Assembly: GCA_014905635.1 (NCBI GenBank)
Contig: JABVCE010000004.1
Coordinates: forward strand, 310,001 to 374,000
Length of the DNA: 64,000 nucleotides
Source: Scenedesmus sp. PABB004
Lineage: Eukaryota
Reading direction: 5' to 3'
Shown here: piece after piece, positions 1 to 12,800 of the stretch
Position numbering within the stretch: the first letter of the stretch is position 1
Layout: the number at the start of each line of letters is the position of its first letter
The notes under the pieces: model-generated
What the model was told of the DNA's origin: nothing
The model's input: the letters and a program-made list of their open reading frames with translations, nothing else
Databases searched by the model: none
Translations under genes and position numbers: made by a program

Positions 1-363
1 GGGCAGGGTCGGCGGGGTCGCGCCGCGCTGGCGCGGGCCAGGGCGGCTCTTGGCGGGCGCGGGAAGCAGCGACCGGCCTGGCGCGGCGCGGGAGCTGGCT
101 AGTAGCACCAGAGATAGCCGCAGAGGTCACGACGAATCCGCGCTCGGCTGCGGGCGAGCGCCGTGGTCACGGGCTGCGGAATGCCGCGAGCTGCCCGACC
201 TGGCCAGCGCGGAGCTGCCGCGTCGAGCTGCGCAGCAACGTCGCGCCCAGTCCCTCCGACCGCACGCACGCACTACCGGCGCCGCCCGCGCCCCCGGCGC
301 CCGCAGCGTCAGCGGCGGCGCGCACGGTCAGCCGGCGCCGCCCCGGCAGCTCAGGGACTGCCC

Positions 364-368
364 TTACA
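364..368 (-). promoter_or_regulatory. Chlorophyte TGTAA polyadenylation signal (others at 28851-28855 -, 55287-55291 -, 59772-59776 +, 61769-61773 +)
   Basis: TGTAA lies at or shortly after stop codons in a genome where this AT-rich 5-mer is otherwise rare. Confidence 0.7.
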
Positions 369-376
369 CCTGCCGC

Positions 377-2193
377 TCACGCCGCGCGCGGGAACTCGGC
401 GCAGAGAACGTGCAGCACGGCGGCGGTGCAGAGCGGCAGCGTGAGCGCGGCCGCCAGGTACTCCCAGAAGAGCAGCGAGGCCACCGACGCCTCCTCCTCG
501 CCCGCGCCCGCGACCGACGCGAGCGAGTGCACCAGGAGCGCCGTCGGCGTGCACCACTCGAGCGCCATGACCGCCGCGCCGAGCGGGCCGGCGCCGCCGA
601 GCAGTAGGCCCGCGCGCGCCGCGCACAGCACGGCGCCGCAGCCGAGCGCCGGCAGCAGCACGCAGCGGCACGCGAGCACGGCGGCGACGGTGTGTGCGGG
701 GACGCGCCCCGGCCCGGGCCCGCCCGACAGGCTCGCGCCGAGTACGAGCAGCATCGTGGGGACGAGGCAGGCGCCGAGCATGTCCAGCACGTCCCCGGCC
801 GCGGCGAGGCCGCCGCCGCGCGCAAACAGCGCCGCGCGCAGCGGCGGGCAGCAGCCGACGGCGACGCCGGCGACGCCGGCGAGCGCCGGCGCCGATGCGA
901 GGCCGCGCAGCAGCGGCTGCAGGCGCCGCCGCCACTGCCCCCGGCCGCGCCCGGGCGGCGTCGGCGGCCGCGGCTGCAGCCGCCACGACGCCTCCAGCTG
1001 CTGCAGCTGCGCCAGGCGCTCACCGGTCGGCGCGGCCGGGGCGCCGCGCGGCGGCGACGCTGGCCGCTGCAGCGCTTGTACCTGCGCCGCCGCCAGCACC
1101 GGCGGCACGGCCGCTGACGCCGCCGCCACCGGCTGGGGCAGGCCAGCTGCCGGCAGAGCTGCACCAGCGTCGCCGCATGGCGCCTGCAGCAGCAGGTGGC
1201 CTGGGGTGGCGGCGCCGGCGGCGGCGGCGGCGGCGCCGGGCGTCGCGGCCAGATGCCGGCGCCGCCGGGCGGCGCGCACGCAGCACGCCGGCGCGCGGGC
1301 GGCCAGCCGCCACGCGGCCCGCACCCAGGGGCATCTGAATCAGCGTCGCGCTGAACCAGCCGAGCATGACGTAAGTGGTCGCCACCTCTGCGCACGCGGC
1401 GCCGTCGAAGGGCTGCGCCTGCGCCATCGACAGCGCGATGACGAGCGGCAGGCTGCCGGCGTTTGGGATGGCCGTCGCCGCGCGCACGACGCCGACCAGC
1501 CACGGCGGGGTGGGTAGCAGCCGCGTGTGCGCGACGCCGAGCGCGAGCCCAGCGGCGTGCCTGCGCGGGGTCGGCGGCGGGCGCGGCGTCGGCGGCGCCA
1601 GCGCCGGCCGGTGGCGCCAACAGGCGCGCGCGCTCGCGTGCTGCGCACGCTGCGGCCACGTTGACGGCGACCGGTCCGACCGGTCCGAGCACTGTCAGCG
1701 CCTGCGCCGCGTCGACGTGGCCGCCGAGCTTTGAGACCAAGAGGGCGGGCGTGAACACCTCGAGGCCCAGCCGGCTCAGCGTCCGCCGCGCGGGGGCGTC
1801 GATGAGGCCCTGCGCGCGGCCGAGCGGCGCGGCGCGGCGCGGCGCCGAGTGGGCGCGGGCACGGCCACCACCGCGCGGAGCAGCGCGCAGCCGCCATCGA
1901 CCTCAGGCCAGGTGGCCGCGCGCCCGGCGGTTGCTGGCTGCAGCTGGCCAGCTGAGCCGGCCGGCTGCAGCGCCCCTGCGCACCCGCCGGCCACAAGCCG
2001 CGCCGACGGCGCAGCAGAGAGCAATTTTGACGACCGGCACCGCCGCGTCCGCCAGCTGCGCGCCGCCGGGCAGCGAGGCGCGAGGCGCGTGCTGCGGCCG
2101 CGCGGCGCGGCGCGCGCGTGCCAGCGGCGCGCCGCTGGCCCGGGCGCCCGCGCAGCCGCGCTGCGGCCGCGGCGCCGCGGCCAGTGCCGCCAT
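377..2193 (-). CDS. PIN-LIKES (PILS)/auxin efflux carrier family membrane transporter, multi-exon
   Basis: Exon translations AVPVVKIALCCAVG, VFTPALLVSKLG, IPNAGSLPLVIA, LVPTMLLVLGASL and MALEWCTPTA match the Mem_trans/PILS pattern. ATG 2193, TGA 377-379, TGTAA at 364-368. Confidence 0.8.
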
Positions 2194-2666
2194 GACCGCC
2201 GCCGGCGCGGGCGTCTCCGCTGGCCGAGCTCGGCGGCGGTGCGCTGCTCCGCGCGCGCCGCTGCGGGACTTGCTGGTCAGCGCGCGGCACCCAGCGGCTA
2301 CTCAACTCAACTGCCGCTCCTGAGCACCTCCGCGCGCCACGCCCGTGGCGCTACGGCCGGGGGCCGGGCCTGCGCGCCGTTTTGGCTGCCGGCGAAGCTC
2401 CGGCCCGCACAGCCTCTCCGCCGGCGCTCACGCACAGCTCCCGTTCGCCCCGACGTCCCGCCGCGCCCACGATACCCAGGCGCCGACGCGCACCCACCCG
2501 CGCCTGCTGTTCGTCTGCTCGCAGGCGCCCCCGCCCTCCCCGCGCGCCCCCGCGGCCCCTGGTCTTGCGCCCCACGCCCGGCCCGCCACCAGCGCCCCAC
2601 CACCGAAGGCGCAGCGCCGGCGGCGCGCGGGGGCCGCGGCGGCGGCGATCGGCGCGCCTGCGCGCA

Positions 2667-3680
2667 ATGGCGGGCCTCGTGCAGGCGGCGGTGGAGCAGA
2701 GCGTGCTGCGGGTGGCGAAGCAGCTGGAGGACCAGCTGGACAGCCAGCTGCACGCGCTGGACAACCTGGGCGACGACGACCTGGAGCGCATCCGGCAGCG
2801 CCGCATCGCCGACCTGCGGCAGCAGCAGGAAAAGTCGCGCGAGTGGCTCGCGCGCGGGCACGGCGAGGTCGGCGAGATCCACGAGGAGAAGGCGTTCTTC
2901 AAGGAGATGAAGGGCGAGGAGCGCATGGTCGCGCACTTCTACCGCGACAGCTGGCCCTGCAAGGCGCGGCGCGCGGCGCGCGGCGGCGGCCAATTCAAAC
3001 GCGCCGCGCGCGCCCCGCCGCGCCGCGCTGATGCAAGTGCCCGCCCGCGCGCGGCGCGCGCAGGTGATGGACAAGCACATCGGCATCCTCTGCCGGCAGC
3101 ACCTAGAGACCAAGTTTGTGCGGGTGCGGGCGCGGGCGGGCGGCGCGGGCGGGCGGCGGCGCGGGCGGGCGGCAGCGCCTGGCGCGGCGGGCGGCGCCAC
3201 GGCGGCCGGCAGCGTCGACGGCGGCGGCAGCGGCAGCAGACACAGCAGCAGCGTTCTCAGCAGCAGCGGTCTCGGCAGCGGCGGCGGCAGCGGCAGCAGC
3301 GGCGGCGGCGGGCACAGCGCGACGCCCCGCGCAGGGCCGCGCTGCACCACCGCCAACCGCGGCCGCCGGCGGCGGCGCAGATCAACGCGGAGAAGGCGCC
3401 GTACCTCACCGACAAGCTCAAGATCTGGATGCTGCCCACGCTCGCGCTGATCAAGGCCGAGAAGGTGGTCGACTACGTCGTCGGCTTTGACGCGCTCGGC
3501 GGCGCCGACGACTTTTCGACCGACGTGCTCGCCGACCGCCTCGCCGCGGCGGACGTGATCAAGCCCGACGCGGCCGCCGCCGCGGCGCGCGCGGCCAAGC
3601 CGGCGCGCAACACCATCCGCAGCGGCATCTACTCGGCGCGTGGCGAGAGCGACGAGGACAGCGACTTTGGGGACGAGTGA
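2667..3680 (+). CDS. TXNDC9: Phosducin-like/thioredoxin domain-containing protein 9 (PLP3/TXNDC9), 3 exons
   Basis: DDDLERIRQRRIADL, GHGEVGEI, VAHFYRDSWPCK|VMDKHI, INAEKAPYLTDKLKIWMLPTL, VVGFDALGG and an acidic tail. GC-AG intron 2964-3063. Confidence 0.92.
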   Translation: MAGLVQAAVEQSVLRVAKQLEDQLDSQLHALDNLGDDDLERIRQRRIADLRQQQEKSREWLARGHGEVGEIHEEKAFFKEMKGEERMVAHFYRDSWPCKARRAARGGGQFKRAARAPPRRADASARPRAARAGDGQAHRHPLPAAPRDQVCAGAGAGGRRGRAAARAGGSAWRGGRRHGGRQRRRRRQRQQTQQQRSQQQRSRQRRRQRQQRRRRAQRDAPRRAALHHRQPRPPAAAQINAEKAPYLTDKLKIWMLPTLALIKAEKVVDYVVGFDALGGADDFSTDVLADRLAAADVIKPDAAAAAARAAKPARNTIRSGIYSARGESDEDSDFGDE

Positions 3681-3990
3681 CACGCCGCGAGGCGCGGCGC
3701 GGCGCGGGCGGGTGTACAGCTTGGCAGCGGCTGCCGCGCGGAGGAGAGCGGCCGCGCGCGCCTGTGTGAGCAGCGGGGACGCGGCCATGGGCGGCTGGTG
3801 CGTGCGCACGTAACCGGCGCCCGCGTGCCCTGCGCGCGCCCCGTCCGTCCGCGCCGCCTCGAGGCGGGGCGGGGAGCTCCCGCCACCCCGCCGGCCGGCA
3901 TGCGCCGGCCACGCGCGTGCCAGCGCCAGGCGCCCGCGTCCCTCGGCCGGCGCTGGTGGCAGTGCGGCGCGCCCGCCGCCGGCCGCCGGA

Positions 3991-4510
3991 TCACGCGATG
4001 GTCGGCCGGCGCTCAAAGGAGTCGTGCTCCAGCGCGGCCACGCGGCGCTCGTCGGTGATGCTGCAGCTGTCGATGTGTGACATGGGGCTGCCCTCGGTGG
4101 CCAGCCATTCCTGCGCGGTGCGCCGCCAGTCAGCCACCGCGGCGCCGCCGGCGCGCTGCGCTCGGGCCGCCGGCGGCGCGGCGCGTGCGGGCGCACCCGC
4201 ATCGCCGCGAGGTCTGGCGGCGAGCCCTGGCACTCGCCGACGACCGTGCCGCGCCGGGTGTTGGCCACCCAGCCCACCAGGTGCAGCGCCCGCGCGCGGT
4301 CGACGGTGTGGTTGCGGAAATACACCCCCTGCACCTGCGCGCGTCGTGCAGGCGAGCAGCGGGGGCGGGCGGGTTTGGGGGATGGCTGGTGGCTGGAGGC
4401 GGCGATTGGCTGGCGGGCGGCGACCGACGACCAGCGACGGCGCGGCAGCAGCGGCGTGCGCAGCAGCGGCGCCGCACCCGGCCGGAGACCTCAAACCGAA
4501 ACGCCTCCAT
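3991..4510 (-). CDS. Acylphosphatase, 3 exons
   Basis: Spliced MEAFRFEVSGR|VQGVYFR (signature VxGxVQGVxFR), GWVANTRRGTVVGECQG, WLATEGSPMSHID...FERR. Confidence 0.92.
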
Positions 4511-4780
4511 CCGCCATGTGCTTGGCTTGAGCTGCTCGGGTGGGGGCGCAGCTCTGAAGCGCTCTCCACACGCGTGCACATGTGGCGCGGCGGCGCTACG
4601 CCGATTACGGCCGATATTACCCGATATGACAAAACGGCGCGCCGATCGCCCGCCGCGCCTCACACGCTCGCGGCGGGCGCTCCCGGTCCACTGCCGTCTC
4701 GGGGTCCACGTCCCGACTCTCCCGCAGCGCGCCCGCAGCTCGGACCGCCGCGCGCAGCAGCAGCAGCCGGTGCCGGCGCC

Positions 4781-7761
4781 ATGGCGAGCGGCGCGGCCCT
4801 GGCTCGGCTGTCGGTGCTGTCAGGGCACCTGGCCGCGCCTGCAGACGAGCAGCCCGGCCTCTCCCGCGCGCCCTGCCGCGCGGACGAGGCCGTGCGCCCC
4901 GCGCCGGGCGGCGGCAAGGGCACGCTGACGGTGCTGGACAACCGCACGGGCAAGAAGTACACGGTGCGGGCAGCCCCGCGCGCGCTGGCGCGCCGCCGCC
5001 GCAGCCCGTTGCTGCCGGTGGTGACGGGGTGCTGCTCTGCTGCTCCCGCCGCGCCGGCGCCCCCGCTGACCGATCCGGCGCGCGTGGCGGCTCCGGGGCC
5101 GCTCGCGACGCAGCTGGAGGTGTCGGAGGGCGGCACCATCAACGCGCAGGCGCTCAAGGCCATTACGGCCGGCGGGGATGGCGTGGGCCTGCGCACCTAC
5201 GACCCCGGGTGAGCGCCGCGTGCCGTCCGGGAGTGCGGGGAGGGCGGGCCGAGCAGCAGCCCGCGGCCGGCGCGGCGGCACGCAGCGCGGCGCGGCGCGG
5301 CGCGCGCCGACACCGCCGCTGCGCCTCGCCCCGCAGCTACACCAACACCTCGGCCGTCATCAGCCGCATCAGCTACATCGACGGCGACAAGGGCGTGCTG
5401 CGCTACCGGTGCGCGGGCGCCCCGAGGGCCGCGCCGCGGCGCGCCGCGCCGTCGCGCCGCCCGTCCTGCGAGCGCCGCCGCGCCGCCGCCGCCGCGTCTG
5501 CCGCCGCCGCCGCCGCTGCAGCGGCTACCCCATCGAGGAGCTGACTGACTCCTCGTACCTGGAGAGCGCCTACCTGGTTATCTACGGCACCCTGCCCACG
5601 CGGTGCGCGCCGACAGCCGGCGCCGCGCCCGCGGCCGCGCGGCAGCTCCCCCGGCAGCGCGCCCGCGCGCCCACTGCTCACCCGCACCGCCCGCCCGCGC
5701 GCGCGGCGCAGGCCGGAGCTCGCCGCGTTCAGCGAGGCGGTCGCGATGCACGCGAGCGTGCCCAAGGCGGTGGAGGACGTCATCCACGCCATGCCCCACG
5801 ACGCGCACCCGATGGCCATCATCCTCACCGGCCTCACCGCGCTCTCGGGGTGCCACCCCGAGCAGAACCCCGCGCTCGCGGGCCAGGGCGTGTACAAGAG
5901 CCGCGAGGTGCAGGACACACAGATCGCGCGCCTCATCGGCAAGGTGCGCCGCGGGCCGCCGCCGCCGCCGCCGCCGCCGCGGCGAGCGGACGGGCGCCGC
6001 CGCCGCCGCCGCTGCCGCCGCTGCCGCGCGCCCGACGACCCCGACCCGCCGCCGCGTCGCGCCGCGGCCGCCCAGATCTCCACGCTCGCCGCGCTCGCGT
6101 ACCACAAGTCCACGGGGCGCACCGCGGCGCGGCCCAACGCGCGCATGGGGTTTGCTGAGAACTTTCTGTACATGCTCGACGCCAACGGCAGCCCCGCGTA
6201 CAAGCCCAACCCGCGCCTCGCGCGCGCGCTCGAGGTGCGGGGCGCGCCCGCGGCGCCGCCTCGCCTCGCCCGCCCGCCGCGCCGCCGCCGCCGCGGGGGC
6301 GGTGCGGCTGCTCCCCGGGCTGCCGCGCGCGCCGTCCCACGCGCTGCGCCGCCGCGCCCCCGCGCTGCGCCCCGTGACGCTGGCTGCGTGCGCAGATCAT
6401 GTTCATCCTGCACCAGGAGCACGAAATGAACTGCTCCACCGCGGCGGCGCGGCACCTCGCGTCCAGGTGCGGGCGCGCGGGGGCAGCGGGCGCCGCACTA
6501 ACAGCAGCAGCAGCGCGGCGCGGCGGCGCGCCCCGGGCGGCTGCCTTGCCGGCCGCCGCGCGACCCCGCGCCCCCCTGCCCCCCCCCCCCCCCCCCGCGC
6601 CGCAGCGGCGTGGACGTGTACACCGCGGTCGCGGGCGCGGTGGGCGCGCTGTACGGCCCGCTGCACGGCGGCGCCAACGAGGCGGTGCTGCGCATGCTCG
6701 AGCGCATCGGCAGCGTGGAGAACATCCCCGCCTTCATCGCGGGTGCGCGCCCGCGCCGCTCGCGGCAGCCCCGCGCCCGCCGCCGCCGCCGCCGCCGCGG
6801 CGCCAGGGCCCAGAGGGCCCAGAGGGCCCGCGCCCGCTGCCGCCGCCGCGCGCCGCGCACGCGCGCGCCGCCCTCGCGAGCTCCGCGCCCCGCTGCCCGC
6901 ACGCGCCAACCCCGCGCAGGCGTCAAGGCGAAGCGCGAGAAGCTGTTTGGCTTTGGCCACCGCGTGTACAAGAACTTTGACCCGCGCGCCAAGATCATCC
7001 GCGGCGTCGCGGAGGACGTCTTCCGCATCGCCGGCCGCGACCCGCTGATCGAGGTCGCCATCGCGCTGCAGGTGCGCGCCGCGCCGCGGGGCTGCGCGGG
7101 CGGCGCGCGGCACGCGCGCCGCGGGCGCCGCGGGCGCTGCGGGCGCTGCGGGCGCTGTGCCGCGCACCGAGCGCCGCCGCCGCGTGCTGTTCCGTCCAAC
7201 CCCCTCCTCTCGTCGTCCTGCCAGGACGCGGCGCTGGCTGACGAGTACTTTGTGTCGCGCAAGCTCTACCCCAACGTCGACTTTTACAGCGGCCTCGTGT
7301 ACCGCGCGATGGGCTTCCCGCCAGCCTTCTTCACCGTGCTCTTCGCCATCCCGCGGTGCGGCGCGCGTGGGGCGTACGGCGCGGGGCCGGGGCCGCGGCG
7401 TGCTGGGGCGCGGCGTGCTGGGGCGCAGCGGCGGCGCACGCGCGCCGCACGCGCCGCCCGCCGACGCCGCGCCGCCCGCGCCGCCCGCGCTGCCCGCGCT
7501 GCCCGCAGCATCGTGGGCTACTGCGCGCACTGGCGCGAGTCGCTGGCCGACCCTGACACCAAGATCCTGCGCCCGCAGCAGGACTACCGCGGCGTGTGGC
7601 TGCGGCACTACGAGCCGCTCGCGCAGCGCGGCGCCGCGCCGGGCGGCGGCGCCGCGCCGGGCGGCTTCACGGGCCGCCCCGCGGGCGACGACGCGGCGCC
7701 GGTGATCCGGCGGCCGGGCAACGCGTACCGGCGGCGCGTCGCGGGCGAGAACTGGATGTAG
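4781..7761 (+). CDS. Peroxisomal/glyoxysomal citrate synthase, multi-exon
   Basis: N-terminal PTS2 RLSVLSGHL. Motifs [69 protein letters not shown] 7759-7761. Confidence 0.95.
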
Positions 7762-8179
7762 GCAGCAAGCAGCGGGGCGCGGCGGGCGGGCGGGGCGGCG
7801 GGCGGGTGTGTACCAACAGCGCTGCGCGCGGCGCGGCGCGGCGCGGCGCGCGCCCGGTTTTGGGGCCGCAGCAGGACGTGAATCTGTGTGTGCGTGTGCG
7901 TATGGTTTGGCTCGGTAACCCGGGCTCGCGCTTGCTTGCTCGCTCGCGGCGGCGCGGCGGCGGCACAGCGGCAGCGCCGCCCCCGGCACACACACAACCC
8001 GGCCGCTGCCGCTGCGCCCGGTGCCGCCACACCGACCGCCAGAGGAGGAGGAAGCGACGCTGCGTCGCGACGCACGCCCTCGCTGCGGCTCGACGCGCCG
8101 GGAGCCGGGGCCGCTCGACGCTGTCGGCTGAGCCAGCGCTCCCCGCGACGTGTCCACGCTGAGAGTGGCTTGCGCGCCC

Positions 8180-9335
8180 ATGCTGCAGCGCGCAGGGGCG
8201 CCGCCCCTGCAGCGCGGGGTGCGCCGGGATTCGCCCGCAGCAGCAGGTGGGCTCCCGAGAGCGCGCCGCTTGGCGCCGGGCCGCGCCCGCGGGGCGGCGT
8301 GATTAGCACGTCCCGCTCCCGCACGTCGCGGGCACGCGCCCCGCCGGCGCCGGCGGCGGCGGCGCAGCTCTGCGCCCGGCAGCTGCACCGCCCGGGGGCG
8401 GCAACTGCTCACGCGCGGCCGCCCTCTGCCCCGACCGCTGCCCACACCGATGCCCTGCCCGCTGCCCTGCACCTCGCACCCCGCGCCCCGCGCCCAGGCC
8501 CCGCGCCGCGGCAGGCCGCGGCGCAGCCGCGGCGGAGACGCGCGCCGGCGCCGGCGCAGCAGTCGCCGCGCCTGCGCGCCGCGGCGACCGAGGCGCAGGC
8601 CGCGCCCGGCTGGCTGCGCGGCCTGAGCCCGTTTGGCGGGCGCAAGGCCGCCGCCGCGACGGCGGAGCCGCTCGTGCGCTCGGTGTCGGCGGCGGAGCTC
8701 GCCGTGGCGCTCGCGGCAGCGGGCGAGGTGCCGACCGTCGTGATGTTCTCGACCACGTGGTGCGGCCCCTGCAAGGTGAGAGGGCGGCAGTGCCGGCGTG
8801 CGGGCCGGCCGCGCGGCGGCACAGCCCGGCGTTGTTTTTGGGGCGCGCCGCGCAGAGCGGCGCGAGGCGTACGCCGGCGCCGCGGGCCCGGCGGGCCGAG
8901 CCCGGCTTCCCGCGCCGCCGGCCGGCCGCCGCAGGTGATGCACACGCGCCTCGAAGGCCTGGCGCGCGAGCTCGGCCCCCAGCGCCTGCGCGTGCTGAAG
9001 CTGGACACTGAGGAGAGCGAGGGCGGCCCCGCGCTCGCTAGCGAGCTGCGCATCAACAAGCTTCCCACCATGATGGTCGCCGGTGCGGCGGCGCGCTGCC
9101 GGCAGCGCGCCCGCGCGCTGTGCACCGCGCGCTGCCCGGGCCGCGCGGGGCCGCGCCGCGGGGGGTCGCGCCGCGGCCGCCGAGGCTCGCGCCCGTGCGC
9201 GCGCGCGCAGGCGGGCGCGCGGGTGGCAAGGTCATTGCGCTGAGCGGTCTGGTCAAGGAGGGCGTGCTGCGCGACCTGCTGCTGAACCGCGCGGCGGCGC
9301 TCGGCAACGACCTCAGCCAGCGCATGACGTGGTGA
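8180..9335 (+). CDS. Plastid-type thioredoxin (WCGPC), most like TRX z/CITRX
   Basis: VRSVSAAEL...VVMFSTTWCGPCK|VM...VLKLDTE...LRINKLPTM. The start is inferred from ATG 8180 with an in-frame phase-1 intron at 8247-8497. Confidence 0.8.
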
Positions 9336-9844
9336 CGCGGGCGGTGCCGCCAGACGCGCGCCGCGCGGGCGCGCGGGGCTGCGGCCACGCAGGGACGGGG
9401 CGCGGGGCGCGCGCGAGCGAGGTGTGCGGCGCGCCGCAGTGCAGCGGCGTGAGCGGGGCGCGCGAGGGCCGGCGGCGGCCCATTGGCGCGCGGCGCGGGC
9501 GCTTGAGCGTGCGAGTGACGCGAGCGAGCGTCGGAGCGCGCGCGGTCTGCGTGCGGGGCGCGCTGTGCGCCGCCGCGCGGTGTACTGTATTTGCAGGGCG
9601 CTCTGGGGGAGGGGCTCTCGAGCGGGGGACTGTCGTCATGCGCTGACGCCGCCCATGCCCTGTGCCGCACGGGTCGCGCGCGTTTCAATGTATTGCCCGG
9701 AGATCGGATCAGATCACCCTGCTGCTGCTGGCGGACAAGCCCTCACAAAAACGGGGTCATGAAATCGGCCTGGGCCACCCCATTCCCGTGCCCGCCTGCC
9801 TGCCTCGCTCGACAGCCGCCGCCTGGCCGTGCACGCACGAGGGT

Positions 9845-12800
9845 TCAGCCGTCGAGCCCGCGCGGGCGCCTGTACAGGCGCAGCGCGAGGCTGCTGGCCA
9901 CGACGCTCACGCTCGACGCGGCCATCGCGACCGCGGCGACCCAGGGCGGCATGAGCTGGTGCGTCGCGGGGTAGAGCGCGCCCGCGGCGAGCGGGATGGC
10001 GAGCACGTTGTAACCGAACGCCCACACAAAGTTGAGCTGCATGCGCCGGAACGCCCTGCGCGAGGCGCGGCGCCCCGGCGGCGGCCGAGGCGCGGCGGCG
10101 CGGCGTCGGGGCGGCGGCCGACGTCCCGCGGCGGCGCGGCACGCGGCGCGGCGGCGGCACGTGACGTCTGCAGCCGCGTGCGGGCGCGCGCGCCTGCGGC
10201 TGATGTCAAACGCGACGACCACGTCGGCGAGGTTGCTGCGCATGAGCACAACGTCGGCCGCCTCCATCGCGACGTCGGTCCCGCTGCCGACCGCGACGCC
10301 GACGTCCGCCTCGCTGAGCGCGGGCGAGTCGTTGATGCCGTCACCGACCATCGCCACGACGACCCGCTTGCCCCCGGGGCCGGGCGCCTTGAGGCGCTGG
10401 ACCATGTCGAGCTTGGTGCCCGGCAGCGCCTCGGCCACGACCTGGGCCTCGGGGATGCCGAGCGCCGCCGCGAGCACGAGCGCGGCGCGCCTGCCGCCGG
10501 CGGCGGCGCGGCGGCGGCGGCGGCGACGGCGGCGGCGGCGGCGGCGCGGGCGCGCCGTCGGCGGCGGCGGCCCAGGAGGGCACGGCTTGGCGCAGCAGCC
10601 GCGCGCCCCCACAGCAGGCCCACGGAGCCACCGCACCTGCTGTCGCCCGTGATCATCCAGCAGGCCATCCCGCGCCGCCGCAGCGCGCGCAGCACGGGCG
10701 CCGCCTCGGGCTTGACCTGATCCGCCACCGCGAGCAGCGCGACCGCGGCGCCGCCCAGCGCCGCGGCGACGACCGTCGCGCCCTGGCCCTCGAGCTGCGC
10801 CTTGCGCTGCCGCGCGGCGGGCGAGAGCTCGACGCCGCACTCCTCCAGCCACGCGGCGTTGCCAATGACCACGTCGACGCCGCGCGCGCCCGTGCCGGCG
10901 GCGGCGGCAAACGCGCTGCCGCCGTTGGCTGCGCCTCCGTTGCCGGCGCCGCCGTTGGCAGCGCCGTCGGTGGCGGCCTGGGCTGCGTGCGGCACAAACC
11001 AGGCGCGCACGCCGCGCCCCGGCTGCACCTGCAGCGACTCCACGCGCCCGCCCGCGCCCGCCTCGCCCAAGCCGAGCGCGGCGGCGTGCGCGACGACCGC
11101 GCGCGCGAGCGGGTGCTCGCTGCCCGCCTCGACCGCAGCGACGACGGCCAGCACGCCGCGTTGCGCCGCGGTGAGGCCGCCCTTGCCGCCGCCGGCGTCC
11201 GGCGCGGGCGGCGGCGCGGCGCGGGCCGAGCCGCCCCGGGGCGCGGCGCTGCCGCCGCAGCAGCCGCCCGGCGCCGGCGCGGCCGCGGGCGGGTCGTCGG
11301 GCAGGCCGTCGCTGACAAAGACGAGCTCCGTGACGACCGGCTTGCCGGTGGTGAGCGTGCCGGTCTTGTCAAACACCACAACCCGCGTCCTGCGGGTGGT
11401 GCGGCGGCGGCGACGGCGGCGGGGGCCCGGAGTGAGCGCCGCGGCACCGCCCCCGCAGCTCCTGCCGCCGCCGCCACCGCCGCCGCCGCCCCGCGCCGCC
11501 GGCGCCGCCCCGCCGGCGCCGCGCCTGTGCGCGAGCTCGAGCGTGGTGCCGCCCTTGATGAGCACGCCCTGCTTGGCCGCCACGCCGGTCGCGACCATGA
11601 CGGCGGTCGGCGTGGCCAGCCCCAGCGCGCAGGGGCAGGCGATGACGAGCACCGCCACGGTGTGCAGCAGCGCGAGCAGGCCGGGCGTGGTGCCCGGCGG
11701 CAGCGCGGCCGGGTCGAGCCGCCCCGACGCGCCGAGCCAGAGCCACACGCCAAACGTCGCCGCCGCGAGCGCCACGACCGTCGGCACAAACCACGCGGCG
11801 ATGGCGTCCGCGAGCGCCTGCGGCGGGCGTGCACGCGCGCGGGCGTGAGCCCGCGCGCGGCCGCCGACCCCTGGCGACCCCTGGCGGCGGGCGGGGCCTG
11901 CCCGCCGGCGCCGGCGACGGCGCCGCGCGCGCGGCGCGCGCCTGGATGGGCGCCTTGTTGGCCTGCGCCGCCGCGACGAGGCGCACGATGCTGGCGAGCG
12001 TGGTGTCGGCGCCGACGCGCGTGGCCTCGACATGCAGCACGCCCGCGCCGTTGACGGTGCCGCCGATCACGCCGTCCCCTGCCGCCCGCGCCGGCGGCGG
12101 CGGCGCGGTAGCGGCGGCAGTCAGCGCAGGCTGGGAGAAGGCGCGCCCTGCAGGGCGGCTGCGGGCATGCGCGGGCTTGCGCGGCCGCACCGAGCGCCTT
12201 GGTAACGGGCATTGCCTCGCCCGTGAGCATCGACTCGTCCACCGCCGAGGTGCCCCACACGACGACGCCGTCGGCGGGGACCGTCGCGCCGGGCGGCACG
12301 CGCAGCACGTCGCCAACCTGCGCGCGCCGCCGCGCGGCGCCGCGCTCAATGCAAGGCCGTTAAACCCTGAGCCGCGGCGCCGCGCCCGCGCCCGCCGCCG
12401 CACCTGCGCGAGCTCCGCCGGAATCTCCCGCGCGCCGACGACCTCGCCGCCCGGCCCGAGCGTCAGCAGCTCCGCGGTCCGCGCGCCGAGGCGCAGCAGC
12501 GAGCGCACCGCGTCGCTCGTGCGCGCCTTGGCCTTGGCCTCGATGTACTTGCCGGCGCAGACAAAGACCAGGATGAGCACCGAGCTCTCAAAGTAGACGT
12601 GTCCCATGTACCCCGCGTCGCACGCGGCGAGGCCCATGCTCACGAGCGAGTGCGCGAGCGCCGCGGTCGTGCCGAGCGAGACGAGCAGCCCCATGTTGGC
12701 CGACCCGTAGCGCAGGCCGTGCCAGGCCTGCCGGTAAAACGGCCCGCCCACGAGCACCTGCGGTGGCAGGCCGCACGGTCGGCCGCGGGAGTTGCAGCGA

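Noticed and set aside
12360..12370. TAAACCCT telomere-like motif
   Set aside because: A single copy in an intron, not an array.
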